Assembly (NCBI GenBank): GCA_944362705.1
Contig: CALVTO010000002.1
Location: 12,818-76,817 of the forward strand
Direction: 5' to 3'
Length of the DNA: 64,000 bases
Source: an uncultured Clostridia bacterium
GTDB lineage: Bacteria; Bacillota; Clostridia; Christensenellales; UBA1242
This document shows positions 1-12,700 of the stretch, in pieces (the stretch's first letter is position 1; the number at the start of each line of letters is the position of its first letter). The position numbers were made by a program, and so were the translations under genes. The notes under the pieces are model-generated. The model saw only the letters and a list, made by a program, of their open reading frames with translations. It did not search any database and was not told the origin of the DNA.

Positions 1-605
1 GAAATAACTTCACCAAGGTTATGCGTTGGAATATTGGTTGCTAACCCTACCGCAATACCATTCGCGCCGTTTACCAAAAGATTAGGAAATCTGCAAGGCA
101 AAATGCTTGGTTCTTTTAAAGAATCATCAAAGTTTAATTGCCAAGGAACGGTATTTTTATCTAAATCTCTAAGTATTTCTAACGCTAGCGGTGTCATTCT
201 AGCTTCGGTATAACGCATAGCGGCGGCACTATCTCCATCTATGCTACCGAAGTTGCCATGCCCATCTACTAAAGGCTCGCGCATGTTAAAATCTTGTGCT
301 AGGCGCACCAACGCCCCATAAACAGCGGTATCGCCATGTGGATGGTATTTACCTAACACTTCACCAACAATACGCGCACACTTTTTATGTGGCTTATCGG
401 GTGTAATACCTAACTCATTCATTGTAAACAATATTCTACGTTGTACGGGTTTTAATCCGTCTTCTACACGTGGCAAGGCACGATCGAGAATAACGTGCTC
501 GGAGTACGGCATCATAGAATCGTGCATTACTTCATCTAAATTTTTAGTAACAATATTATTACCATAAACAATTTCATCTTCTTTTTTCGCTTTATTTTCT
601 GCCAT
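1..605 (-). CDS. Type IIA DNA topoisomerase subunit A (GyrA/ParC family), first 201 codons; the gene continues past the left edge
   Basis: My own translation from the ATG at 605-603: [17 protein letters not shown]...[23 protein letters not shown]...[22 protein letters not shown]...[21 protein letters not shown]...NFDDSLKEP...[19 protein letters not shown]. It includes the catalytic-Tyr motif AAMRYTE. KPVQRR and NFDD..KEP look more ParC-like than GyrA-like, but the discriminating C-terminal domain lies outside the window. It is absent from the ORF track because no stop codon falls in the window. Confidence 0.9.
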   Translation of the reverse strand, partial: MAENKAKKEDEIVYGNNIVTKNLDEVMHDSMMPYSEHVILDRALPRVEDGLKPVQRRILFTMNELGITPDKPHKKCARIVGEVLGKYHPHGDTAVYGALVRLAQDFNMREPLVDGHGNFGSIDGDSAAAMRYTEARMTPLALEILRDLDKNTVPWQLNFDDSLKEPSILPCRFPNLLVNGANGIAVGLATNIPTHNLGEVI

Positions 606-653
606 ATTTTCTTAGGCAAAATTGCCTATTCTCCCTTGTAATTTTATACCTTT

Positions 654-683
654 ATTGTAATAAAATTTGCTTTGTTTCGTCAA
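654..683 (-). promoter_or_regulatory. Putative sigma-70 promoter of the subunit A gene
   Basis: The minus strand reads TTGACG (683-678), 18 nt, TACAAT (659-654), about 50 nt upstream of the ATG at 605. It lies just downstream of the giant gene's terminator. A 16-nt near-palindrome, TAGGCAAAATTGCCTA (613-628), sits in the leader. Confidence 0.5.
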
Positions 684-750
684 GTAAATGGCACCCCTGC
701 ATGCAGGAAAACTTACTATATAAACTACAAAATTGTAATTATAACTACAC

Positions 751-781
751 AAAAAAAGATAAGCGACTTGTCGCCTATCTT
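751..781 (-). terminator. Rho-independent terminator of the giant LRR gene
   Basis: The hairpin AGATAAGCGAC/TTG/TCGCCTATCT (757-780, one mismatch) is followed on the minus strand by a T7 run (plus-strand A7 at 751-757). It begins 12 nt after the stop codon at 793-795. Confidence 0.7.
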
Positions 782-792
782 TTTTTATTTTT

Positions 793-3700
793 TTAAGCCG
801 ATTTTTTCCAGTAATAATCATAATATGTAGATTTTAGATATGTAGCGTTTTGCGCCGCATTGGTCAACGTTACGTTTGTACCCGAAGTTGCAGTACTAAT
901 TATAGTTACAAACCAATGATTAGGGTCTTCAAACGTTACTGACGTTAATGCATAGCAATCTCGGAACGCAGAATCACCAATGCTAGTTACGCTTGCTGGT
1001 ATAATAATGCTGGTTAATGCTGAGCAAGATTGGAATGCATACCTGCCAATGGTGTGTAATTGCGAACCTTCGGCAAAGGTTACTGTTTGTAATTTATTGC
1101 AACTTTGGAATGCAGAATTGCCAATGGTTTGTAATTGCGAACCTTCGGCAAAGGTTACTGTTTGTAACTTGCTACAGGACCGGAATGCAGATTCGCCAAT
1201 TTCTGTTACGCTTGCTGGTATAGTAATATTTGTTAACGCAGAACAATTATAGAATGCATCATTGCCAATCGTTTGTAATTGCGAGCCTTCGGCAAACGTT
1301 ACTGTTTGTAAATTGCTACAGAACTGGAATGCATATTCGCCAATTTCTGTTACGCTTGCTGGTATGGTTATGCTGGTTATTGCATCGCAATTATAAAATG
1401 CGCTATCACCTATGGTTTGCAATTGCGAGCCTTCAGCAAAGGTTAATGTTCGCAACCTATTGCAATTTTCGAATGCAGAATTGCCAATGGTTTGTAACTG
1501 CGAGCCTTCGGCAAAGGTTACTGTTTGTAACTTGCTACAGGACTGGAACGCATAATTGCCAATGCTGGTTACGCTTGCTGGTATAGTAATACTAGTTAAC
1601 GCAGAACAAGATTGGAATGCACCACTTTCAATGCTGGTTACGCTTGCTGGTATGGTTACACTTTGCAATGTTTGACAATTGTAAAAAGCATAACGGCCAA
1701 TGCTGGTTATGTTTGCTGGTAAAACCACATTAGCGCTTGTGCCTATATATTTTAAGTACGTTTGCGTAGTTGTATTTACCCAATGCACGCCATCTATAAG
1801 TTGTAACCCCGTTCCATTGCCTACATAACTAGCGTAATATGCAACATAACCGTAATTCGAACTTCCCGCTACTAATGGCAAGCTAGAATAATTAATAACT
1901 ATAGCTAAATTATAACAATATTGGAATGCATAAGAGCCAATGGTTTGTAATTGTGAGCCTTCGGCAAAGGTTACTGTTTGCAACTTGCTACAGGACTCGA
2001 ATGCAGAATTGCCAATGCTAGTTACGCTTGCTGGTATGGTTATGCTGGTTAATGCATCGCAATCTTGGAATGCAGAATCGCCAATTTCTGTTACGCTTGC
2101 TGGTATAGTTATGCTTTGCAATGCGTTATTTTGATAAAACGCGCAACGCCCAATACTAGTTATGTTTTCTGGCAAAGTCACATTAGCGCTTGTACCTATA
2201 TATTTTAAGTACGTTTGCGTAGTTGTATTTACCCAATGCACGCCATCTATAAGTTCTAGTCCTTCTCCATCGCCTACGTAACTTGCGTAATATGCAACAT
2301 AACCGTAATTCGAACTTCCCGCTACTAATGGCAAACTAGAATAATTAATAACTATAGCTAAATTATAACAATTGTAGAATGCAGAATTGCCAATGGTTTG
2401 TAATTGCGAGCCTTCGGCAAAGGTTACTTTTTGTAAATTATTACAATTATAGAATGCATCACTGCCAATGCTGGTTACGCTTGCTGGTATAGTAATGCTG
2501 GTTAATGCTGAGCAATCTCGGAATGCATCACTGCCAATCGTTGATAATTGCGAGCCTTCGGCAAAGGTTACTGTTTGTAAGTTTTTGCAATTTTGGAATG
2601 CATATTCGCCAATGCTGGTTACGCTTGCTGGTATAGTAATACTAGTTAACGCAGAACAAGATTGGAATGCACCACTTTCAATGCTGGTTACGCTGTTAGG
2701 TATAGTTATGTTGGTTAACGCAGAACAATTATTGAATGCATAATTGCCAATGGTTTGCAATTGCGAGCCTTCGGCAAAGGTTACTGTTTGTAACTTATTG
2801 CAACTTTGGAATGCAGAATTGCCAATGCTGGTTACGCTTGCTGGTATGGTTATGCTGATTAATGCACGGCAATCAGCAAATGCAGAACTACCAATCGTTT
2901 GCAATTGCGAACCTTCGGCAAAGGTTACTGTTTGTAACTTGTTGCAACTTTGGAATGCATAATTGCCAATGCTGGTTACACTTGCTGGTATAGTAATACT
3001 GGTTAATGTAGAGCAATATTGGAATGCATAATTCCCTATCGTTTGCAATTGTGATCCTTCGACAAACGTTACTGTTTGTAACTTATTGCAACTTTGGAAT
3101 GCATACTGGCCAATGCTGGTTACACTGTTAGGTATAGTTATGCTGGTTAATGCAGAGCAATTGGAAAATGCAGAACTACCAATCATTTGTAATTGCGAGC
3201 CTTCTGCAAAGGTTACTGTTTGTAACTTGTTGCAACTTTGGAATGCATAATTGCCAATGCTGGTTACACTTGCTGGTATAGTAATACTGGTTAATGCTGA
3301 GCAAGAGGAAAATGCGTAATCACCAATGGTTTGTAACTGCGAACCTTCGCCAAACGTTACTGTTGGTAAGTTGTTGCAAGACTGAAATGCAGATTCGCCA
3401 ATTTCTGTTACACTTGCTGGTATAGTAATATTAGTTAACGCAGTACAAGATCGGAATGCGTAATCGCCAATGCTGGTTACACTTGCTGGTATAGTTATGC
3501 TTTGCAATGCGTTATTTTGATAAAAAGCGCAACGCCCAATACTAGTTATGTTTTCTGGCAAAGTCACATTAGCGCTTGTACCTATATATTTTAAGTAAGT
3601 TTGCGTAGTTGTATCTACCCAATGCACGCCATCTATAAGTTCTAGCCCCGTTCCATCGCCTACGTAACTAGTGTAATATGCAACATAACCGTAATCTGTA

Positions 3701-6700
3701 CTGCCTGCAACTAAAGGTAAATTTGAATGGTTGATAACTATAGCTAAATTATAACAATTTTGGAATGCGTAATCGCCAATGGTTTGTAACTGCGAACCTT
3801 CCGCAAAGGTTACTTTTTGTAACTCATTGCAATTTTGGAATGCATACTGGCCAATGCTGGTTACACTTGCTGGTATAGTAATACTGGTTAATGTAGAGCA
3901 ATATTGGAAAGCATAATCGCCAATGGTTTGTAGTTGCGAACCTTCAGCAAAGGTTACTGTTTGTAACTTACTGCAACTACTAAATGCAGAACTACCAATG
4001 CTGATGACATTTGCTGGTATAATAATGCTGGTTAATGCAGAGCAATCATAAAATGCGTAATCACCTATGGTTTGCAATTGCGAGCCTTCTGCAAAGGTTA
4101 CTGTTTGCAAGTTACTGCAATCATAAAATGCATATTCGCCAATTTCTGTTACGCTGTTAGGTATAGTTATGCTGGTTAATGCTAAGCAATAATAAAATGC
4201 GTTATTACCAATGGTTTGTAATTGTGAGCCTTCTGCAAAGGTTGCTGTTTGCAACTTGTTACAGTATTGGAATGCATATTCGCCAATGCTAGTTACGCTT
4301 GCTGGTATAGTTATGCTGGTTAATGCTGAGCAAGATTGGAATGCATAATTTCCAACCGTTTGTAACTGCGAGCCTTCGGCAAAGGTTACTGTTTGTAAAT
4401 TGCTACAATCATCAAATGCATACCTACCAATGCTGGTTACACTTGCTGGTATAGTAATGTTGGTTAATGCAGAACAATTTTGGAATGCGTAATTGCCAAT
4501 CGTTTGCAATTGCGAGCCTTCGGCAAAGGTTACTGTTTGCAAGTTACTGCAATCATAAAATGCATACTGACCTATGCTGGTTACGCTTGCTGGTATGGTT
4601 ATGCTTTGCAATACGTTATTTTGATAAAAAGCGTATTGAGCAATACTAGTTATGTTTTCTGGCAAAATCACATTAGCGCTTGTACCTATATATTTTAAGT
4701 AAGTTTTCGTAGTTGTATATACCCAATGCACGCCATTTACAAGTTCTAATTCTTTACCATCGCCTACGTAAATAGCGTAATATGCAACATAACCATAATC
4801 TGTACTGCCTGCAACTAATGGTAAACTTGAATAATTAATAACTATAGCTAAATTATAACAATTGCTGAATGCGTAATCACCAATAGTTGTTACACCCGCA
4901 GGTAAAGTAATACTTGTTAACGCAGAACAATTTTGGAACGCATTACTGCCAATCGTTTGTAATTGCGAACCTTCGGCAAAGGTCACTGTTTGTAACTTAT
5001 TGCAACTTGTGAATGCATACCTACCAATACTGGTTACGCTTGCTGGTATAGTAATACTAGTTAACGCAGAACAAGAGTAAAATGCGCCATCACCTATGGT
5101 TTGCAATTGCGAGCCTTCAGCAAAGGTTACTGTTTGCAAGTTATTACACTGATAGAATGCAGCCCCACCAATGCTAGTTACGCTTGCTGGTATAGTTATG
5201 CTGGTTAATGCTGAGCAATCAGCAAATGCGTACCTACCAATCGTTTGTAATTGCGAGCCTTTGGCAAACGTTACTGTTTGCAAGTTATTGCAATTTTCGA
5301 ATGCATATTCGCCAATTTCTGTTACGCTTGCTGGTATAGTTATGCTTTGCAATGCGTTATTTTGATAAAAAGCGTATCGAGCAATACTAGTTATGTTTTC
5401 TGGTAAAGTCACATTAGCGCTTGTACCTATATATTTTACATAGGCATGTGTTACAGTATCTACCAAATGCACGCCATCTATAAGTTTTAGCCCTATTCCA
5501 TCGCCTATGTAACTTGCGTAATATGCAACACGACCATAATCTGTACTGCCTGCAACTAATGGTAAACTTGAATAATTAATAACTATAGCTAAATTATAAC
5601 AATTATAGAATGCAGAATTGCCAATGCTAGTTACGTTTGCTGGTATGGTAATACTGGTTAGTGCAGAACACTCTTGAAATGCACGTTCGCCAATCGTTTG
5701 TAATTGCGAGCCTTTGGCAAAGGTTACTGTTTGTAAGTTTTCACAACTATCAAACGCATCATTCCCAATACTAATAACACTTGCTGGTATAGTTATGCTT
5801 TGCAATGCGTTATTTCGAGCAAAAGCACGCTGAGCAATACTCGTTATGTTTTCTGGTAAAACCACATTAGCGCTTGTGCCTATATATTTTAAGTATGTTT
5901 GTGTAGTTGTGTCTACCCAATGCACGCCATCTATAAGTTCTAGCCCTTTTCCATCGCCTACGTAAATAGCGTAATATGCAACATAACCGTAATCCGAACT
6001 TCCCGCAATTAGAGGTAAATTTGAATGGTTGATAACTATAGCCAAATTATCACAATCTTGGAATGCAGGATTGCCAATTTCTGTTACGTTAGCTGGTATA
6101 GTAATGCTGGTTAATGCAGAGCAAGAGTAAAATGCGTAATCATCTATAATTTGCAATTGCGAGCCTTCTGCAAACATTACTGTTTGTAACTTAGAGCAAT
6201 TTTGGAATGCATATTCGCCAATTTCTGTTACACTTGCTGGTATAGTAATGCTGGTTAATGCAGAGCAAGAGTAAAATGCGTCATCACCTATAGTTTGCAA
6301 TTGCGAGCCTTCGGCAAAGGTTACTGTTTGTAACTTGCTACAATCATCAAATGCATACCTACCAATGCTGGTTACACTTGCTGGTATAGTAATGTTGGTT
6401 AATGCAGAACAATTTTGGAATGCGTAATCACCTATGGTTTGCAGTTGCGAGCCTTCGGCAATTGTTACCGATTGCAAATTACTGCAATCATAAAATGCAT
6501 ACTGACCTATGCTGGTTACACTAGCTGGTATGGTTACACTAGTTAACGTAGTGTTTTGGTAAAATGCGCGGTTGCTTATATATCGAATACCTTCTGGAAT
6601 ACTTACCGAGGTGTTTGTTCCTAAATACTCTAAATACGTTTGTGTAGAAGCATCAATTTTGTGCACTCCGTCTATTACAACAATGTTATCTGCCGAGCTT

Positions 6701-9700
6701 GTAATTGTTCGCGCATAACAAGCTACCCAACCATAATTAGATGACCCAATAGTTAGTTCAAGGTTAGATTGATTCACAATAATTTTAAGGTTGATACAAC
6801 GATAAAATGCGTTATCACCAATCGTTTGTAATTGCGCTGGTAATGTAAAAATAGAAAGATTTGGATTATTTTCAAAAGCATATGCCCCTATACTTGTTAA
6901 TTGACTATCTTCTGAAATTATAACGTTAGTTATATTTTCAACCGAATCACAAATGTAATCTGGCAAAATTTGCACTTGAGCGCCCACATGCAATGTAACA
7001 GCTAATTTACCCGTATTTCCGTAGATCATGTTTTCTACATAATTTATTCCAACTTCCGCAAATGGGGATTCCCCTGCAGTATTCGTCCAAGAAATGGCGT
7101 TATAATAAATATTTTGCAATTTGCCCGTATAAGCAAAAGCATTTAAGCCAATATTGGTTATGTATTCAGGTATAGTAACAGACGTAATAACATTATTAAA
7201 AGCAAATACACCTTTGCCTATATTGGCATTTTCTGGAATTACCACTTCTGCCGAACTACCCATGTAATGTACATACGTATTGGTTGCCGTATGAACAATA
7301 TATTCTTCATTTAAAACAGTAAATTCATCTTCGCTGCTCGCAACAAAATCGGCGTAACAAGCAATTTCCCCATAATTTCTGGCACCCGCTGTAAGTTGCA
7401 ATGAGGATTGGTTTATAATAACCGTTAAAGCATGACATTCAGAAAAAGCACCTTCTCCAATGGTCTGCAAATTCTCTGGCAAAACAATTTTATACAGTGT
7501 TGATCCAGCAAAAGCGGCCTCACCAATAGATATAACACTTGAAGGTACCACAATTTCATTTAACGAACTATAAAAGAACGCACCTGGCGCAATAGATGTT
7601 ATATCACTATCTGCCCCTAACGTTTGGTTTGAAAAACCTTGCACAAGTGTTTTTGTAGTTGTATGTACAATACAATTATATTGTTTTTTCAAAACTTGGT
7701 TATTTTCGTGAATGTAAATATTATCCACAGTTAATTTTGGAGATAGTGCAAACGATGCCGTTAAGTTTGTTACATTTTCACCTATAGTTACACTTTCTAG
7801 CGCAAAGCATGCCCCAAAACACATAGGCCCAAGCGTGGTTAAAGAATTTGGTAAGTCTATGGTTTTTAAAGAATGACAAAGAGCAAAAGCCTGCTCACCA
7901 ATTTCCTGCAAAATATTATCTTCCGCAAAAATAATTTCTGTTAAGTTCTCGCACCTAGAAAAAGTAGATTGTGGAATTACTGTAAAAGCACTAGAACCAA
8001 TATATATTTTTTGCAATTGGTTGTAGTTAGAGAATAAAGTACCTCCCCCCGATCCTGAACCATTCAAAGTAATATTTGAACCGGTGAAATATATTTCGGC
8101 AGTATAGTTTTGACCTAATATGTTTGCTAATTTGTTTTTTAACGTGTTTATATAATCAGTGGTTACGGTAGAATTATTGGTATAAAAATAAATTTTGGCC
8201 AATTTAGTATCTTGGTTTGTTTCTACATAACTTACAGAATCAAATGGCAACAATGGACAGTTGTAAAATGCATTCGCATCTATAGATTGTGTTTGCGCAT
8301 TAAAACCAGTTAATGTTTCTAATTTTGCTGAGTTTGCAAAAGCATAAGCTCCTATTTCTGTTACCCCAGAAATATCTAGCGTTTGTAGGTTCGGCAAGTT
8401 TGCAAACACACCTAAACTAGCACTTGTTGCTCCTTCAAGAACAATATTGCCACCCAACAACTGAATAGATGTAATTTTAGATTTATCCGTTGAGATTAAA
8501 TTCGTTTCTGGATCGTAGGTTATAAAGTATTTATCGGCAAGTTCTTTCGTTATGGTTAGCGTTTCGGAACTATGATTTTTAATGATAATATTTCCATCAT
8601 TTACTTCAATACTATCTATAGTTAAGTTGGTTAAATTTGTACAACCCACAAACGCATTGGTAGATAGTTTATTATGTAAGTATGCACTAACCGAGGTAAG
8701 ACCTGTACAATTTGCAAACGCGTACGCACCAATGGTTTCTACGTTTGCTAAATCTAGTTCTGTTATGCTTGTAAACCCAGCAAATACCCCATTTTCGGCG
8801 CTATCTGCCGCGTAGATAAACATTTTATTCCCTTCAAATGTTAGTTCTGTAATATTTGGACGTATAGATGTAGCAATAATGTTATCTATAATCGAAGCGC
8901 CCACGCCTGCATTTAATTGAATAGGTTCTACTCCATTATATATGTGTAATTTTTGTAAAGCAGGTAATATTCCTCTATCTACGCCTAAATAAGGATGTTC
9001 CATTAAATATTTAGCACCTATAGTTAATTCGGTGGTAACAGTCCTACCAGATTCTTCATAATAATAACCATAATTTTTATATGAAACAAGATTTGGTAGA
9101 TATAAGTGTACATTTTCAACTGATGTACTACCTAATTCATCAATCGGGTATGTAAGCAAGTTAGAAGTATCGAACGTGGTAATGTTTTTGAAATTATAGG
9201 TGTTAAGTACATTGTGTTCTGTATCACCAGCGGTTTCAATACTTTGCAATATGTGAAAGAACAATATTTCCCCACGTATTGTATTGAAAGATGGACTTAA
9301 AATAATTTTTTTCGAGACCATATGGGAACACATTTCAAACACATTTCCGTTGAACAAACTAAAGTTTGCCACACCTACTTCATTGCCAACATCTGGCAAC
9401 ACCGTGGTGGTTTGCGTTTCTTCATCCCACGCAACAGCATTCACTGTATAAACATACATTATACTTAAACCAGTTAATTGCATAATGTATTCTTGTGAAT
9501 TATTGCCGGTAGCTTCTATGTTTTCTATAAACTTACTCATTTTTGAAGATATATTTACAGTTCCCATACCAACAATTTGCGCCCTAATTGCGTTAGGAAT
9601 ATTTAAAATAAAATTATCCTCTAATTCTGTACCTGGTAAAGCAGGACCCGTCATAGAAACTTTTTCTACAAAAGGCATATTGTATGTATAATTGTCGTTT

Positions 9701-12700
9701 TCAGTAGAGCCAATCGTTTTTACGGTTTTCAAATAAGTGTCTGCGACATAAAATTCTTGCGCTTGTTTAATATATACGGTTTCCACAATATTTTCATTAG
9801 ATGTTACCGCAAATGATTGTATATAAGGTAAATTATAACTGTTCTCTTGATTGTAACTACTGTATGCATCGCCATCTACTAGTTTTATTGTTTGTAGTCC
9901 CACTTTTTCAATATAAGGAATGGTTGTTATTTTATTATTAGCATAAACACTTTTACCTACATAAAGTTGCGTTACAGCACTCGAAATTGTCAACTCATTA
10001 ACTTGTGCTGCTAAAGCTAAAGCACCATAAACATTTGGCGCGTAAATCGATTCAATTACAGGTGCGGAATTGTAAGCAGAATAATAACTTAGTAAAAATA
10101 CAGCATTTATAGCAGCAACAGAATAATTACCCTCATCTGATGGTTTGCTTATTATATCAAAATTCTCAGAAAATTGTACCGCCCCTAAAATATTTAGATA
10201 TGTTGGTGCAAACAAACTTAAATATGAAGCGATAGCATTGCCAAATAATGCGATAGACTCAATTTGCGTAATGTTTTCGCCAACGGTTAATGTTTGGGCG
10301 AAGCGAATATTTTCATGTAATCGAAGTACAAACTCACCTGTCAATATTCCATTTGCCGTTGCGCTATCTATGTATAAACTATTTACGCCTGTGCAACCTG
10401 CAAAGGCTGTTGAATCGATAACATTATGCACATACACACTTAGCGTTGCTAAGTTGGTTACATTTGCAAAAGCATTTGCGCCTACACTGTTTATATTCTT
10501 TAAGTTAATTACAGTGAACGCTGGGTTTGTAAATGCCGTAAACATATTGGCAGGAATATTCATTAAGTTGCCTGTAAATGTTACTGATTCTACACTTTCA
10601 CCTACTCCAGCAACAAAGGCAATTGGTAAATCTACCGTTTCGGTTTTACTATTGTTGAAAGCAATTTCTGTTAACACAACGTCTTCTTGCCATGTTGCGT
10701 TAAAGATCATGCTGGCTTCAAAGGTTACTTTGCTAGCGTTTAGTTCCATAACGCCTAAACTTGTAAACCCACTGAAATTAAGTGCATTTTCTTCTGTGCC
10801 ACATTGCGTTAATACGCTAAATGCATAGTCAGCTAAAGATTTTACAGTTGCATTTCTGTTGGTTAATACGGTAAGTGCTGTATTGTAAAAGGCTTTTTGC
10901 TCAATGGTTGCCAAGTTTGGAACATCAACAACGCCCGCGGTACCTACAACATTTTCGTAAATACCTTGAATAGAACTTGATTCAAAGGCACTAGCGCCAA
11001 TATTGGTAACCGCTGGCAAGAATACATTTGTAAGGCCGGTTTCATAGAAAGCATAACTGCCTACGGTTTGTACGTTTGGCATATATAAGTTTGTAATAAC
11101 GAACCCAGCAAACGTTGGAGCTACTTGTTCTGCATTTGCAATAGATGTAAAGCCTTGTAAGGTAACTGATTGCAACCCTGTTTTGTTTGCAAAACATTGC
11201 GCCATTTTTGCTGTATATTCTCCACTTCCTACAAACGTAATATCTGTGCCTGTTGTAGCAAAGGAAATGGTTGGATATTCTTTACCCGTATTTGTATAAG
11301 CATCAAAAGCGCCCATATGCAACACTACATAATTAGCAACTTTTAATGTTTGTAATGCTGTATTTGTAAATAGCCCTTCCGCAATATTTTCCACCGATGT
11401 TAACGTTACGGTAGTTAAATTACTCATTCCACTGAATGTTAAACCTTCTTCTATGGTTGTAATATTTTCACCAATTTCAATTTCAGTTAATTGTGGAATA
11501 ACTATTGCTTGGAAAAGATTGGTATCTAAAATTTCTTTAGAACCATATAGTACACTCAATTTTGTATATTGTTGCGTATTGTTAAATGCGGTAGCATCGA
11601 CAACTAAACTAGCGCCTGTGTAAATGGATAATGTTTGCAATTTAGAACTAATAAATGCATTTGCCTGAATTTCGGTTACGGTTTGTGGTAAATGTACATT
11701 TTGAACACCACTTGCAGCAAAAGCACTTGCGCCAATGGTTGTAAGTTGCGTTGGCAACGTAAGCGATGTTAACGATGTAGTGGTATTAAACGCATCTTGC
11801 GGAATAACTGTTAATGTAGCAGGCATAGAAACAGTTGCTAATTGCTGACAGTTATAAAACGCACCTATACCTAACGTTGTAAGGGCCTGCATGTTGACTG
11901 TAACAATAGCGGAATTTCTAAATGCATATGCCCCAATGGTTTGCACGTTATCTAAATTCATTGTGTGTAAAGATGTACACCCATCAAACGCATTATCTGC
12001 AATATTTACAATAGATGAAGACAAATCAATTTCTTCTACCAGTGTATTGTTTGTAAAGTTCTTTAAGGTAGTTAAAGATGAGCAAGCACGAAAATCGTAC
12101 GTGGTAACGCTTGTGCCTTCAAATGTTGTTCCATCAAATTCACCTATTGTAATTGTAATGCCTTCTACTTGCTCTGAATTTAATGCCGAACCAAATACAA
12201 CACTTGTTATATTTTTCATACCGTAAAAGGCTTGTGCACCTAGTGCAACAACATTTTGAAGATTTAATTCCCCATTGCTCGTAGGGTTAAGCGATGTACA
12301 ATTATAAAAAGCACTATTACCAATATACTTAATATTGTCAAAAGTAAAGTTTTGTAATGAAGTACAATTTTTAAATGTATTATTAGGAACAGAAACGATA
12401 GAGTTTGCTATTACGGAAACAAGATTTGTCATGTTTTCAAACAATCCAGCACCTGTTATGTTATTTTGCAAACTTGTAATGGCATCTGCAAGAATTACCG
12501 TAGTAACATTAGAAGATTTTATATATTCTAACCCAACTATGCCTGTTAAATCAGCTTGACCCTCTACCCCAACAATTTCAATGGTAGTTAATGCAGGAAT
12601 ATCAAATACACCTGCTTCAAAGGTAATATTTTTATTCGCAAATTTAAATGATGTGACGTTTAATCCATCAACATGAAAAGCATTTGTGCCAATAGTTAAC

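Noticed and set aside
612-821. A 69-aa minus-strand ORF between the giant gene and the subunit A gene.
   Set aside because: It spans the terminator hairpin and the predicted promoter, overlaps the end of the giant gene, and has no SD.
930-6560. Regularly spaced, near-identical ~25-30-nt strings with ~144-nt periodicity, which superficially resemble a CRISPR-like array.
   Set aside because: The period is a multiple of 3. Both the repeats and the 'spacers' are in frame and encode LRR units. The 'spacers' are also mutually similar. No cas genes or leader are present.
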